Source: an uncultured Gemmataceae bacterium
GTDB taxonomy: Bacteria; Planctomycetota; Planctomycetia; Gemmatales; Gemmataceae
DNA length: 64,000 bases
Direction: 5' to 3'
Assembly: GCA_963750165.1 (NCBI GenBank)
Contig: CAVVPN010000003.1
Location: forward strand, 160,001 to 224,000
The notes under the pieces were generated by a model. It was not told where the DNA came from. It saw nothing but the letters and a program-made list of their open reading frames with translations, and did not search any database. Below, piece after piece: positions 49,571 to 59,528 of this stretch. The position numbers and the translations under genes were made by a program. How positions within the stretch are numbered: the stretch's first letter is position 1; each line of letters begins with the position of its first letter.

Positions 49571-50593
49571 ATGCACTCAGCGCGCGGAATCGCCCTGGTC
49601 GTCCTGCTCGGCGTTGCCGGTGGCGGCTCGGCCCAGCAGCCGGCACCGACGCCCGCCCCGCCCGGCCCGCCGGCGCCGGCGGCCAGCGTCATCGCCGTCA
49701 CCGTCAACGGCCAGAACATCCCCGAACTCGCCATCTACCGCGCCCTGCAGCGCATCCCGCCCGCGCAGCGCGACGCCGCCCGCAAGGACGTGCTCAACTT
49801 CCTCATCGACACCGCCCTCATCGACCAGTACCTCGACCAGCTCAAGGTCGCCATCGACGGCAAGGAAGTGGACGCCGCCATGCAGCAGATGAAGGACGAG
49901 TGCGCCAAGCTCAAGAAATCGTGGGAGGACGTGCTCAAGATCACCTTCGTGACCGAGCCGGAACTGCGTGTGCAAATCACCAACCAGCTGCGCTGGGAAA
50001 AGTTCGTGGCCCAGTACGCCACGGACAAGGCGCTCAAGGATTACTTTGAGCAGAACCGCGCCATGTTCGATGGCAGTCAGGTCCGCGCTCGCCATGTGCT
50101 GCTGAGCCCGCCCGCCGACAACGCCCAGGCCGTTGAACAGGCGAAAGCCAAGCTACTGGCGCTGAAAAAGCAGATTCAGGAGAAGGTCGCCCAGGAGCTG
50201 GCCAAGGCACCGGCCACGGACAAGCTGGCGCAGGAGAAGGCACGCATGAAACTGCTCGACGACACCTTCGCGGAGGTGGCGACGAAGGAGTCGGCCTGCG
50301 GCACGAGCAAGAACGGCGGCGATCTGGGCTGGTTCACTCGTGCCGGGCCGAACGGTGTCGAACCGTTCGCCCGCGCCGCGTTCGCGCTGAAGCCGTATGA
50401 GATGACCGACGTGGTGCAGACGGACTTCGGCTATCACCTTATCCTGGTTGTGGACCAGAAGGCCGGCCGGGAGGTGAAGTTCGAGGAGGTGCGCGAGATG
50501 GCCAAGGAGGTGTACGCGGAACGGCTGCGCGAGGCGGTCATCAGCCGGGCGCGGCCGGCGGCGCGCGTCGTGGTCAACCCGCAGCCGAAATGA
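49571..50593 (+). CDS. Parvulin-type peptidylprolyl isomerase (PrsA/SurA-like)
   Basis: VTVNGQNI, VRARHVL, NGGDLGWF, VQTDFGYHLI. Confidence 0.93.
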   Translation: MHSARGIALVVLLGVAGGGSAQQPAPTPAPPGPPAPAASVIAVTVNGQNIPELAIYRALQRIPPAQRDAARKDVLNFLIDTALIDQYLDQLKVAIDGKEVDAAMQQMKDECAKLKKSWEDVLKITFVTEPELRVQITNQLRWEKFVAQYATDKALKDYFEQNRAMFDGSQVRARHVLLSPPADNAQAVEQAKAKLLALKKQIQEKVAQELAKAPATDKLAQEKARMKLLDDTFAEVATKESACGTSKNGGDLGWFTRAGPNGVEPFARAAFALKPYEMTDVVQTDFGYHLILVVDQKAGREVKFEEVREMAKEVYAERLREAVISRARPAARVVVNPQPK

Positions 50594-50669
50594 GATCGGG
50601 GCGAGCGGCTTCAGGCCGCCGGTTCTTCGAGTTACCGGCGGGCTGACGCCGCGCCGCTCGCCTGCGTTA

Positions 50670-52418
50670 TTACTTCTGCAGCCAGCGCGCGAACCACGCC
50701 AGCATTTCGCGGCGCATCTCCGGCGTGACCAGGTGCCCCGTGTCCGGATAGAGCACGTTGCGGAAGCGCTCCGGCGCCCCGAGCGTCCCATAAACCTTCG
50801 TCAACTTCTCTTCGATGGCGCGAATGCCGTCGGCCGGCGAGCCCGCGTCGAGGTCGCCGGTCAGCGCCAGGTACGGCCGCGGTGCGATCAGCGCCAGCAC
50901 GCCCTCGGTGTCGAATTGCCGCAGCAGGCCGTCCACGAAATAATAGACGCCGTGCGCCTTGAGCTGGCCGTGCTTGATGAGGTTCTCGTAGCGCGTAAGA
51001 CAGGCGATGCCGACGGTGCAGGCGACACGCTCGTCCACCGCCGCCAGCCACCACGCGCGTGTGCTGCCCATGCTCATGCCGGTGGCGCCGATGCGCTTCG
51101 CGTCCACCTCGGGCCGGCCGCACAGGTAATCCAGGGCGATCTGGTCATCGCGGACGAACATGCCCCAGAGCGTGCGGCCCATCCACAGATGATACTTGTG
51201 CAGGCTCTCCTGCTCGGCGCGGCCCGTCTCTGCGCGGCCGGCCGGCCCGGTGCCGACGCGGTCGCCGTGCCAGTACGCATCCGGCGCCAGCACCACATAA
51301 CCCGCCTTGATGAACGTCTCGCCCAGCGGCTCGGCGCCGCCGTTGGTGTTGGCGACGAGAATCTGCGTCTTGTCCGGCGTCGAGGAGTGCAGCCACAAGA
51401 TCGCCGGCGCCGGCTTCTTCAACCCGGTCGGCACCAGCAACAGACAGCTGACTTCGTTGTCCAGGCCGTTGTCGATGGCGATGCGCTCCAGCGTGTAGCC
51501 GTGGCGCAGCTCGCGCGACACCACGCGCACCTTCTGCGGTGACGGCCGCGGCGGCAGATCGCCGAGTGACTGCAGAACCTTTTTCAGCACGTCGGGCCGC
51601 TGCTTCTGCCAGGCCGCGGCGCTGTCTGGGAGCTGGAACTTGCCGACCGGCAACTTCTGGAACGCTGGCGGCACCAGGGCGTCAAGTTCTTTCTCCCGTT
51701 TGCGATACTCCTCGCCCGCCTTTGGATTGACGACCGCCTTGACCGGCGGCTTCTCGGTAGCGCGAATCGTCAACTGCCGCTGGATCACGTCGGCCACCGC
51801 GTCGGCCAGAATCTCATTCGCTTCCTTCGTGTAGTGCGTGCCGTCGCCGCCGAGCATCTTCGCAGGGCCGTGCTTCGTCACCAACCAGTGCAGGTCATGC
51901 ACGGGGACGCCGTAGTCGTTCATCGCGGCAATGGCTCGGTCGTTGTAGAGGCGCACATCGGCCTCTCGGCGGTCGAAGCCGCCGCCGCGTTTGGCGTGCC
52001 GCTCGTCATGGATCGGCGTCGTGTTGGCGAACACCAGCCGCGCGGTCGTGTCGCGCTTCAGTCGCCGTACGATCTCCTGCAGGTTCTTGTCGTACCGGTC
52101 CGGATCGACCTGATACGTCTTCTGTTTGCGGTCCAGTTTGAGGTCGTGCAAACCACAGTTGAAGTGGATGACGGCGGCCTGGGGCTTGGTGGCCCACTCG
52201 TCGAGGTGCTTCAGGACGTTGCCGCTGTCGCCGCCGTTCTCCTTCGCGCTAATCACGACGGCCTTGCCGGCGAGGCGTTTGGCCACGAGCGGTGCATAAC
52301 CCAGGCGGATGGAATCGCCGATGAGCACGACCTTCGGCAACTCGCCTTTCGGTTGCGCCGCGGCCCAGGACGTCGCGGTCAACAGCAGGGCCAGCGCGAA
52401 CAGAGCACGGAGGAGCAT
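50670..52418 (-). CDS. SGNH/GDSL hydrolase fused to an alpha/beta hydrolase
   Basis: LIGDSI, FNCGLHD, DGTHY, then GMSMG nucleophile elbow and GH near the C-terminus. Confidence 0.9.
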   Translation of the reverse strand: MLLRALFALALLLTATSWAAAQPKGELPKVVLIGDSIRLGYAPLVAKRLAGKAVVISAKENGGDSGNVLKHLDEWATKPQAAVIHFNCGLHDLKLDRKQKTYQVDPDRYDKNLQEIVRRLKRDTTARLVFANTTPIHDERHAKRGGGFDRREADVRLYNDRAIAAMNDYGVPVHDLHWLVTKHGPAKMLGGDGTHYTKEANEILADAVADVIQRQLTIRATEKPPVKAVVNPKAGEEYRKREKELDALVPPAFQKLPVGKFQLPDSAAAWQKQRPDVLKKVLQSLGDLPPRPSPQKVRVVSRELRHGYTLERIAIDNGLDNEVSCLLLVPTGLKKPAPAILWLHSSTPDKTQILVANTNGGAEPLGETFIKAGYVVLAPDAYWHGDRVGTGPAGRAETGRAEQESLHKYHLWMGRTLWGMFVRDDQIALDYLCGRPEVDAKRIGATGMSMGSTRAWWLAAVDERVACTVGIACLTRYENLIKHGQLKAHGVYYFVDGLLRQFDTEGVLALIAPRPYLALTGDLDAGSPADGIRAIEEKLTKVYGTLGAPERFRNVLYPDTGHLVTPEMRREMLAWFARWLQK

Positions 52419-52594
52419 GGTGCGGTCCTTTCCAGGGTTCGGGCGACAGCGCTTTCCGGATTCATCGTTTCGCGCGGCGTGCCCACCGCGAAACGATAAA
52501 TCGAAAAGGCCGTCGCCGATGAGTTTATCCCCCCGCGGGTTGACAAGCAACCGCCCCATCGCCACCATGAACCACACCACGCAGGAGACTTGCC

Positions 52595-55500
52595 ATGCCA
52601 TCCCGCCGCTGTCTGTTCGTCCTCACGACCGTGCTGTTCAGTGCCGCCCCCGCTGCGGCGCAACCGCCCGCCGCGAAGGGCCTGAATGTACCGCCCGGCT
52701 TCGAGGTCACGGAGTTCGCCGACGCCAAACTGGCCAACGACATCTACTGCATGACGCTGGACCCGAAGGGCCGCGTGGTGGTGTCGGGCCGCGGCTACAT
52801 CCGCATCCTGGTCGATGACGACGGCGACGGCCGCGCCGACCGGGCCATTGAGTTCGCCAACGGCCCGAAGGACGGCGCGATGGGCCTGTTGTGGGAGGGC
52901 GACACGCTGTACATCACCGGCGACGGCGGCCTGCGCCGCTACCGCACGAAGGACGGCGACCACGCGGCCGGCCCGTCGGAGCTGATCCGCAAGTTGGTGA
53001 CCGGTGCCGAGCACGGCGCCCACGCCATCCGCCGCGGCCCGGACGGCTGGCTGTACGTGCTGTGCGGCAATAACACCGGCATCGATAAATCGTTCGCTCA
53101 GCTGCCGACGTCGCCGATCAAGGAGCCGGTTGCGGGCTGTGTGCTGCGCTTCACGCCTGACCTGAAAAAGAGCGAGATCGTCGCGGACGGCTTCCGCAAC
53201 CCCTACGGCATGGACTTCAACACGGACGGCGAACTCTTCACCTACGACTCGGACAACGAGCGCTGCGTGTCGCTGCCGTGGTATGAGGGGACGCGGTTCT
53301 ATCATGTGATTCCGGGCGGGAATTATGGATGGATCAATCCGCAGCGGGGCAATTTCTGGCGGAAGCCTCCGTACTTTCTCGATGTGGTCCGTCCCGTAGC
53401 CGATCTGGGGCGAGGTTCACCGACGGGGGTGGCGTGTTATCGGCACGTCCAATTCCCCGAGAAATATCGTGGCGGCTTCTTCGCCCTGGATTGGACGTTT
53501 GGAAAAGTTTGGTTTCTTCAGCCGATTCGTGGTCTGCGCGGTTTTTACAGTTGTAATCATCTGGCTGCTCCAGGCATTAAGGAGATTTTTCTGGAATCAC
53601 TGGGCGAAAATGGTTTCGCCCCGACGGCGTGCGTCGTACACCCCGAGACCGGCGATCTTTACATTTCCATTGGTGGGCGAGGCACGCGCGGGGCAGTTTA
53701 TCGCGTGCGCTATCCCAAAGGGCTCAAAGGGGCCAGTGCCGTTGCTGCTGCCCAGTTGCAACCGGCACCACAGTCCCTGGACTGGAAGCCTGATCTCGGC
53801 CCCGCCTTGATGAAGCAGGCGACCGTGCAAGATAATTGGACGCTATTAAAGACATTGCTTGCCTTGCGGCGGCACCGATCTCATTTCGATCAGGATGCGA
53901 TTCTAAACGCGATCCGCCCACATTTTGAAAACGTGTCCAACGGGCTGCTTCAAAAAGCATTTGCCGACCTCGTTAAAACACTGGACGCCGACGCACGTCA
54001 GACTCTTTACAAGGACGTTCACCAACTCCTGGCCAAGCAGAAACATGCGTATCGGATGCTATTCGCGCTACTTTACGCGGACCTTGATACTGATCCGGGC
54101 AGGGTGGTGGACGAACTAAATAGCCTGTGGAAGCAACCACCTTTCGTTCACAGCCCGGATGCCTTTAGGTTATTACAACTTGCACTGGGAGACTTGACCG
54201 CCCCCGGAGCCCGCGGCACAGTTTGGGAAGGCTACACTGCCCGGTTGGATTTGGCTTCTCTGGAAAAGCGCATCGGCAAGACTAACCTGGATAGGGCGCG
54301 GAAATGTTTGAAGGAATTGTTAGTCAAAGCGGGGCCGGGGTGGGCAGATGACGAGCGAGCTTTCTACAGCTTTGAACCTGTGCGAACTCTTGCCATGCTC
54401 GGGCTGGATGACTCAGAAGTGCGTCAACAAATCGTTAAGTGTTTGGACGCCGCCGAAGAAGTACCAAATCAACTGCACTACCTGATTGCGTTTGCCCGCC
54501 TGGGCGGTTCCGCCAAGGAAAAGTTGACCCAGAAAGTGGCGACTGTGTTGGTTTCCCTCGACCGCAAACTGGCGGACCAAAAAGCCAACCGCGACAGCCA
54601 CTGGCCGCTGCGCCTCAGCGAACTCTACACCGAACTGGGCCGCCTCGACCCCGCCCTGAACGCCGCGCTGCTGAAGCACTCCGAGTTCGGCCGTCCCGAT
54701 CACGCCCTGTTCGCCCGCACCCCCGGCTTCGACCGCAAGCAGGCCTCCGTCCGCTTCCTCAAAAAAGCCCAGGCCGACCCCGATTATCGCTGGAACGCTG
54801 GCGTCGTCGAACTGGTCGGCGAGCTGCCCGAAGCGCTGCCGGTGCTGCGCAAACTGTGGGGCAAGGCGGGCGTGGACGGCGCCCTCCTGCCAGTCCTGGC
54901 CCGCAGTCCGCAGGTGGCCGACCACGGCAAATTCGTCAACGGCCTGGAGTCACCCCAGACTGCCACCGTGCGCCTGTGCCTGGACGCGCTGAACCAACTG
55001 CCGCCGCAGGAAAGCCCCAATGAGACGTTGGCCCTGATTCAGGCGCTGGGCCGTGTGCCGGAGGGCAAGTCCGGCGACACGCTGCGCTCCGCGCTGGCGG
55101 CGCGGCTGACGAAGACGACGGGCCAGAAGTTCGGCACCGACCGCAAACAGTGGGCGGCGTGGTTCAGCAAGGAGCAGCCGTTGCGGGCGCGCCGGCTGAA
55201 CAACCCCGACGGCGTGGATGTGGCCGCGTGGCGGAAGCGCCTGGCCCAGGTCGATTGGAACAAGGGCGACGTCCAGCGCGGCAAGGCGGTGTTCGTCAAG
55301 GCCCGCTGTGCCGCGTGCCACGGCGGCAACCAGGCCATCGGTCCGGACCTCGTGGGCGTCACCGGTCGCTTCTCGCGCGACGACCTGTTCACCGCGATCC
55401 TGCAGCCGAGCAAGGACGTGCCGGCGCGCTACCAGACGACCGTGCTGGAGACGGAATCGGGCAAGATTTACCAGGGCCTGATCGTCTACGAGGCGGTGGA

Positions 55501-55687
55501 CGGCGTCATCCTGCAGACGGCCGACGAGACGGTGCGCATCGGCGGCGGTCAGATCGCGGCGCGGCGTGTCAGTCCGCTGTCGCTGATGCCGGCGGGCCTG
55601 CTCGACCCAGGTACGGCCGCGGACCTGGCCGACCTGTACGCCTACCTGCGCAGCCTCGGCCAGCCGGGCAAAGCGAAAGAAAAATGA
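52595..55687 (+). CDS. PVC-type heme-binding CxxCH / membrane-bound dehydrogenase-domain protein
   Basis: VPPGFEVTEFA, GPDGWLY, GFRNPYG, CAACH, IGPDL, ILQPS, SLMPAGL. Confidence 0.92.
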   Translation: MPSRRCLFVLTTVLFSAAPAAAQPPAAKGLNVPPGFEVTEFADAKLANDIYCMTLDPKGRVVVSGRGYIRILVDDDGDGRADRAIEFANGPKDGAMGLLWEGDTLYITGDGGLRRYRTKDGDHAAGPSELIRKLVTGAEHGAHAIRRGPDGWLYVLCGNNTGIDKSFAQLPTSPIKEPVAGCVLRFTPDLKKSEIVADGFRNPYGMDFNTDGELFTYDSDNERCVSLPWYEGTRFYHVIPGGNYGWINPQRGNFWRKPPYFLDVVRPVADLGRGSPTGVACYRHVQFPEKYRGGFFALDWTFGKVWFLQPIRGLRGFYSCNHLAAPGIKEIFLESLGENGFAPTACVVHPETGDLYISIGGRGTRGAVYRVRYPKGLKGASAVAAAQLQPAPQSLDWKPDLGPALMKQATVQDNWTLLKTLLALRRHRSHFDQDAILNAIRPHFENVSNGLLQKAFADLVKTLDADARQTLYKDVHQLLAKQKHAYRMLFALLYADLDTDPGRVVDELNSLWKQPPFVHSPDAFRLLQLALGDLTAPGARGTVWEGYTARLDLASLEKRIGKTNLDRARKCLKELLVKAGPGWADDERAFYSFEPVRTLAMLGLDDSEVRQQIVKCLDAAEEVPNQLHYLIAFARLGGSAKEKLTQKVATVLVSLDRKLADQKANRDSHWPLRLSELYTELGRLDPALNAALLKHSEFGRPDHALFARTPGFDRKQASVRFLKKAQADPDYRWNAGVVELVGELPEALPVLRKLWGKAGVDGALLPVLARSPQVADHGKFVNGLESPQTATVRLCLDALNQLPPQESPNETLALIQALGRVPEGKSGDTLRSALAARLTKTTGQKFGTDRKQWAAWFSKEQPLRARRLNNPDGVDVAAWRKRLAQVDWNKGDVQRGKAVFVKARCAACHGGNQAIGPDLVGVTGRFSRDDLFTAILQPSKDVPARYQTTVLETESGKIYQGLIVYEAVDGVILQTADETVRIGGGQIAARRVSPLSLMPAGLLDPGTAADLADLYAYLRSLGQPGKAKEK

Positions 55688-55783
55688 TTCACCACAAAGA
55701 CACAAAGAGCACAAAGAGAAGGCAATGAATAAATAAATGTTCTTTGCCTTCTCTTTGTGCTCTTTGTGTCTTTGTGGTGAATC
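55686..55783. repeat. Palindrome with CACAAAGA-type 8-9-mer tandem units
   Basis: 40-bp perfect arms with an AT-rich loop; overlaps the stop codon at 55685-55687. Confidence 0.9.
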
Positions 55784-55804
55784 TCTCTTTGGAGAGGCGT
55801 TCCG

Positions 55805-57382
55805 TTGCAGCGTAACCTCGACGCCCTGGCCGACGGCGTGTTTGATGTGCTCATCCTCGGCGGCGGCATCACCGGCGCCGGCGTCGCCCTGGACGCGACC
55901 CTGCGCGGCTATCGCGTGGCCCTCGTCGATCAGGGCGACTTCGCCAGCGGCACCAGCAGCGCCTCGTCCAAGCTGATTCACGGCGGCCTGCGCTACCTCG
56001 AACAGGCGGACTTCGCCCTCGTCTACGAGGCGCTGCGCGAGCGCGCCCTGCTGCTGCGGAACGCTCCGCACCTGGTACGGCCGCTGCTCTTCGGGCTGCC
56101 GTTCTACCATGGCATGCGGCGGCCGCCGTGGCAGTGGCGGCTCGGCCTGACTTTTTATGACCTGCTCGCCGGCCGCGGCAACCTGGGTCGCAGCCGGCCG
56201 CTTTCCGCCCGGCAACTCCTGAACCGCTGCCCCAACCTCCGCCGCCAGGGTTTGCTCGGCGGCGCCGCGTATTTCGACGCCCAGATGGACGACGCCCGGC
56301 TGTGCCTGGAGGTCATCCGCGCCGCCGCGGAGCAGGGGGCGGTCGTGGCCAACTACGTGGCGGCCCTCGGCTTCGAGTTCCAGAACGGTCGTGTCGCCGG
56401 CGCCCGCCTGAGCGACCGCGTCGCCGGCAGGACACTGACGGTGCGGGCGCGGCAGGTGCTGAACGCCACGGGGCCGTGGGTCGATCGCGTGCGGCGGCTG
56501 GCCGGTGAGGACGCGCCGCTACTGCGGCCGACCAAGGGCGTCCATCTGCTGCTGCCGGACTCGGGACACCACGACGCCTTGCTGCTGTTGCACCCGCGCG
56601 ACGGCCGGGTGTTCTTCGTGCTGCCCTGGCACGGGACGTTGCTCGGCACCACCGATACGCTCTGCGACGAGGCTCCCGACGCCCTGACGGTGACCGCGGC
56701 GGACGTGGCGTATTTGCTGGAGGGCTACAACCACTACTTTAACGATTCGTTTTCGGAACGGGAGGTGCTGAGTAGCTTCGCGGGACTGCGGCCGCTGCTG
56801 GCGGCGCGGGCGGGCGCGCCGTCGGCGCTGTCGCGCGAGTTTCGCGTCTTCGTCGGGCCGTCGGGGCTGCTGTCGGTCGCGGGCGGCAAGTACACCACCT
56901 ACCGCCACATGGCCGAGGTCGTCACGGACGAGCTGGGCCGCCACCTCGGCCGCCGCGGCTGGTGCCGGACACACCAATTTCGACTGGGAGCGCCGGCCGA
57001 ACCGTGGCCCGCGTTTCTCCAGCGCACGCAGGCGGAACTGTGCGACCGCCTCGGCCTGGACGTTCCCACGGCGGCGCACCTGGTGGAGCGCTACGGGCGG
57101 CGCGTCGGGGAAGTGGTGGCGTATTTGCGGCGGCCGGGTGGCCTGGAACCGGTGGCGGCCGGCGAACCGGAATTGCGCGGCGAGTGGGAGTATCAGCGGG
57201 CGCACGAGATGGCGCTGTTCCCGGCGGATCACCTGTTGCGACGGACGCGGCTCGGGCTGCTACGGCCGGAGTTATTGCCCGGCACCGGATCGCCTACTTC
57301 GTCAGGTTCAGCTTCGGCGGCGGCGCGTGGCGATACTTCTCCAGCACCTTCGGGAACACGCCCGGTAGGTTGGTGTGGTTGA
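55805..57382 (+). CDS. glpD: FAD-dependent glycerol-3-phosphate dehydrogenase
   Basis: ILGGGITGAG, GTSSASSKLIHGGLRYLE, NATGPW, FAGLRPL, GGKYTTYR; 3' end uncertain (89-bp overlap with the convergent kinase). Confidence 0.92.
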   Translation: MQRNLDALADGVFDVLILGGGITGAGVALDATLRGYRVALVDQGDFASGTSSASSKLIHGGLRYLEQADFALVYEALRERALLLRNAPHLVRPLLFGLPFYHGMRRPPWQWRLGLTFYDLLAGRGNLGRSRPLSARQLLNRCPNLRRQGLLGGAAYFDAQMDDARLCLEVIRAAAEQGAVVANYVAALGFEFQNGRVAGARLSDRVAGRTLTVRARQVLNATGPWVDRVRRLAGEDAPLLRPTKGVHLLLPDSGHHDALLLLHPRDGRVFFVLPWHGTLLGTTDTLCDEAPDALTVTAADVAYLLEGYNHYFNDSFSEREVLSSFAGLRPLLAARAGAPSALSREFRVFVGPSGLLSVAGGKYTTYRHMAEVVTDELGRHLGRRGWCRTHQFRLGAPAEPWPAFLQRTQAELCDRLGLDVPTAAHLVERYGRRVGEVVAYLRRPGGLEPVAAGEPELRGEWEYQRAHEMALFPADHLLRRTRLGLLRPELLPGTGSPTSSGSASAAARGDTSPAPSGTRPVGWCG

Positions 57383-58925
57383 AGTGCAGCGCCTCCGCCA
57401 GGATCTCGCGCAGCGGTTCACTGCGCAGCCAGAGCAGTTGCATCTCTGGCGAGCCCTTCTCCGCCACCCGCTCTTTGTGGAGTCGCATCAACAGGAAGTT
57501 CGACTTCTTCGGCTCATTGCGGAAGGCCAGCACCAGGGCGTGGCCCATGTCGCCCAGCATCCGATAGCTCTTCACGTTTTCCTGGGCCGCCAGCTGAGTG
57601 AAGAACGCCTCTGCCTCGTCCAGCCGGCGTTCCTTGAGGTACAGCACGGCCAGGTCGATGCGGTCTTCCAGGCCGCGGCGCGTCTCCTGGGTGCTGCGCG
57701 GCTGGGCGTGCAGCTTGACCGCTTCCTGCAGGGCCTTCTCGCGCTCGCGGTTCGAGAACAGCGACTTGACCGCCGGCGCGTCCTCCACCCCCGCAGCAGG
57801 CGGCGGCGCGGGCGGCGCCGCCGGCGCCTGTCCGCGGTTCTGCCACCAGCCGTAGCCCAGGCCGCCGCCCAGCGCCAGCACGATGCTCAGCAGCGCCGCC
57901 GCCGGCCGCCACGACCGCCGCCGCAGCGCCGGCACCGGCTGCGTCGTCGCCGCGTCCAGCGCCTCGGTCGGGTTGCCCGGGCCCAGCGGCATGACGATCG
58001 GCGGTGCGCCGCCGGTGACGCCGACCAGCGCATCGCGCAGCCGGCCCACCTCGCGAACGATCTCGCGGCCGGTCTGGAAGCGGTCCTCCGGCTTCTTGGC
58101 CATCATCTTGTGGACGAGGGCGCACAACTCCGGCGGCAGGTCGGGGCGGACCTGGACCAGCGCCGGCGGGTTGCTCTGCACGTGCTGCACCGCCACCTCG
58201 AAAGCGCTCTTGCCGCGGTACGGCGGCTGGCCGGCCAGCATGTGATAGCAAGTGACGCCGAACGAATAAATGTCGGTGCGCGGATCGACCGCCTTGCCCT
58301 CGACCTGTTCAGGGCTCATGTACAGCGGCGTGCCCATGGTGACGCCGCTCTGCGTGATGTGGAGCGGCTGGTCGGTGTCGGCGAAGCAGCGTGACAGGCC
58401 GAAGTCGGCGACCTTGACCTCGGTCTTGCGCGTCAGCAGGATGTTTTCCGGTTTGATGTCGCGGTGGATGATGCCCAGCTCGCTGGCGCGCTGCAGCGCC
58501 GCGGCCACCTGGCGGATGATGCTCAGCGCCACCAGCACTTCCGGCGGCCCCTTGCGTTCGAGGTATTGACGGAGGTTGCGGCCCTCGACGTACTCCAGGG
58601 CCATGAAGTGAATGTCGCCAACGTGATCGATGGCGTACACCTGGACGATGTTAGCGTGCGTGGCGCGGGCGACGGCCTCGGCCTCGAGTTTGAAGCGGGC
58701 CAGGGCGGTGGCGTTGGCGGCCAGTTCAGGCTTGAGCACCTTGAGGGCGACCTTGCGCTTCAGCGAGATTTGCTCGGCGACGTAGACCTGGCCCATGCCG
58801 CCCTGGCCGAGGCGGCGCAGGATTTTGAAGTCGCCGAGGGTCTGGCCGGACAGGTCGGCGGAGCCGGCGTCGCTGGCCGCCGGCACGGCGGGGCTGGTCG
58901 AGTTAGGGTTGCCGGCGGGGGTCAT
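57294..58925 (-). CDS. Membrane Ser/Thr protein kinase
   Basis: LGQGGMG, VALK, HRDIKPEN, DFGLS, GTPLYMSPE, TM helix. Confidence 0.95.
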   Translation of the reverse strand: MTPAGNPNSTSPAVPAASDAGSADLSGQTLGDFKILRRLGQGGMGQVYVAEQISLKRKVALKVLKPELAANATALARFKLEAEAVARATHANIVQVYAIDHVGDIHFMALEYVEGRNLRQYLERKGPPEVLVALSIIRQVAAALQRASELGIIHRDIKPENILLTRKTEVKVADFGLSRCFADTDQPLHITQSGVTMGTPLYMSPEQVEGKAVDPRTDIYSFGVTCYHMLAGQPPYRGKSAFEVAVQHVQSNPPALVQVRPDLPPELCALVHKMMAKKPEDRFQTGREIVREVGRLRDALVGVTGGAPPIVMPLGPGNPTEALDAATTQPVPALRRRSWRPAAALLSIVLALGGGLGYGWWQNRGQAPAAPPAPPPAAGVEDAPAVKSLFSNREREKALQEAVKLHAQPRSTQETRRGLEDRIDLAVLYLKERRLDEAEAFFTQLAAQENVKSYRMLGDMGHALVLAFRNEPKKSNFLLMRLHKERVAEKGSPEMQLLWLRSEPLREILAEALHFNHTNLPGVFPKVLEKYRHAPPPKLNLTK

Positions 58926-59099
58926 GGCGGATATTCCCAGGCGTCGCGGTCGGGACTGCACCGGCGCGGCTAATTGTTAAACCCCGCCGGCCGGGGACGG
59001 TCCTTGCGTCTCATCCCTTTTTCATCTTAGCCGACGCGGGTGGGGGATGCAAAGGGAGTGAAGGGTTGGGATGCACTTCGGCGGCAGAAAGGAGGGACC

Positions 59100-59175
59100 A
59101 TGAGCACTGTGAAAGCGACGTGGCAAAACGGACAGGTTATATTGGAGGGAAAAGCGGATTGGCCCGAAGGCCACC
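59100..59175 (+). pseudogene. N-terminal fragment of an AF2212/DUF104-like antitoxin
   Basis: AAAGGAGG RBS plus MSTVKATWQNGQVILEGKADWPEG, after which the resemblance ends. Confidence 0.5.
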
Positions 59176-59328
59176 CGCTCCGCCGCGGTGGGGAACAGGC
59201 GCGCGAACGGACCCCCAGGGCCGTGGACCGCGTTGTTCGCTTCCACCCAGGTCAGGCCCGGCGTTTCCGCCAGTTTGCGCGCGCGTCAGTAACTCTTGTG
59301 CGCGGCTCTTGATGGTTCGTTTCGACAT
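59163..59328 (-). pseudogene. Truncated, frameshifted small gene, possibly a HicB-like antitoxin N-terminus
   Basis: MSKRTIKSRAQELLTRA / KLAETPGLTWVEANNAVHGPGGPFARLFPTAAERVAF across two frames; GGAAGG RBS. Confidence 0.4.
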
Positions 59329-59465
59329 AACGCCTTCCGATAGGGCAGATCAATGGAGCCGCTGTGATGGTACCAGATTTGGTACTGAATGCGAACCGGA
59401 AAAGCTGCGCGGATGGGTAGGTTAATTGAGCGGAATGGGGGTCAGAACTACCGGGCATCACGTGT

Positions 59466-59513
59466 CCCGTTTACGTTTCGCGCGGGTGGAAGGTCGCGCG
59501 AAACGTAAACGGG
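59466..59513. repeat. 19-bp inverted repeat downstream of the WD40 gene
   Basis: cccgtttacgtttcgcgcg-10nt-cgcgcgaaacgtaaacggg. Confidence 0.75.
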
Positions 59514-59528
59514 GTTCATCTGATGAAG

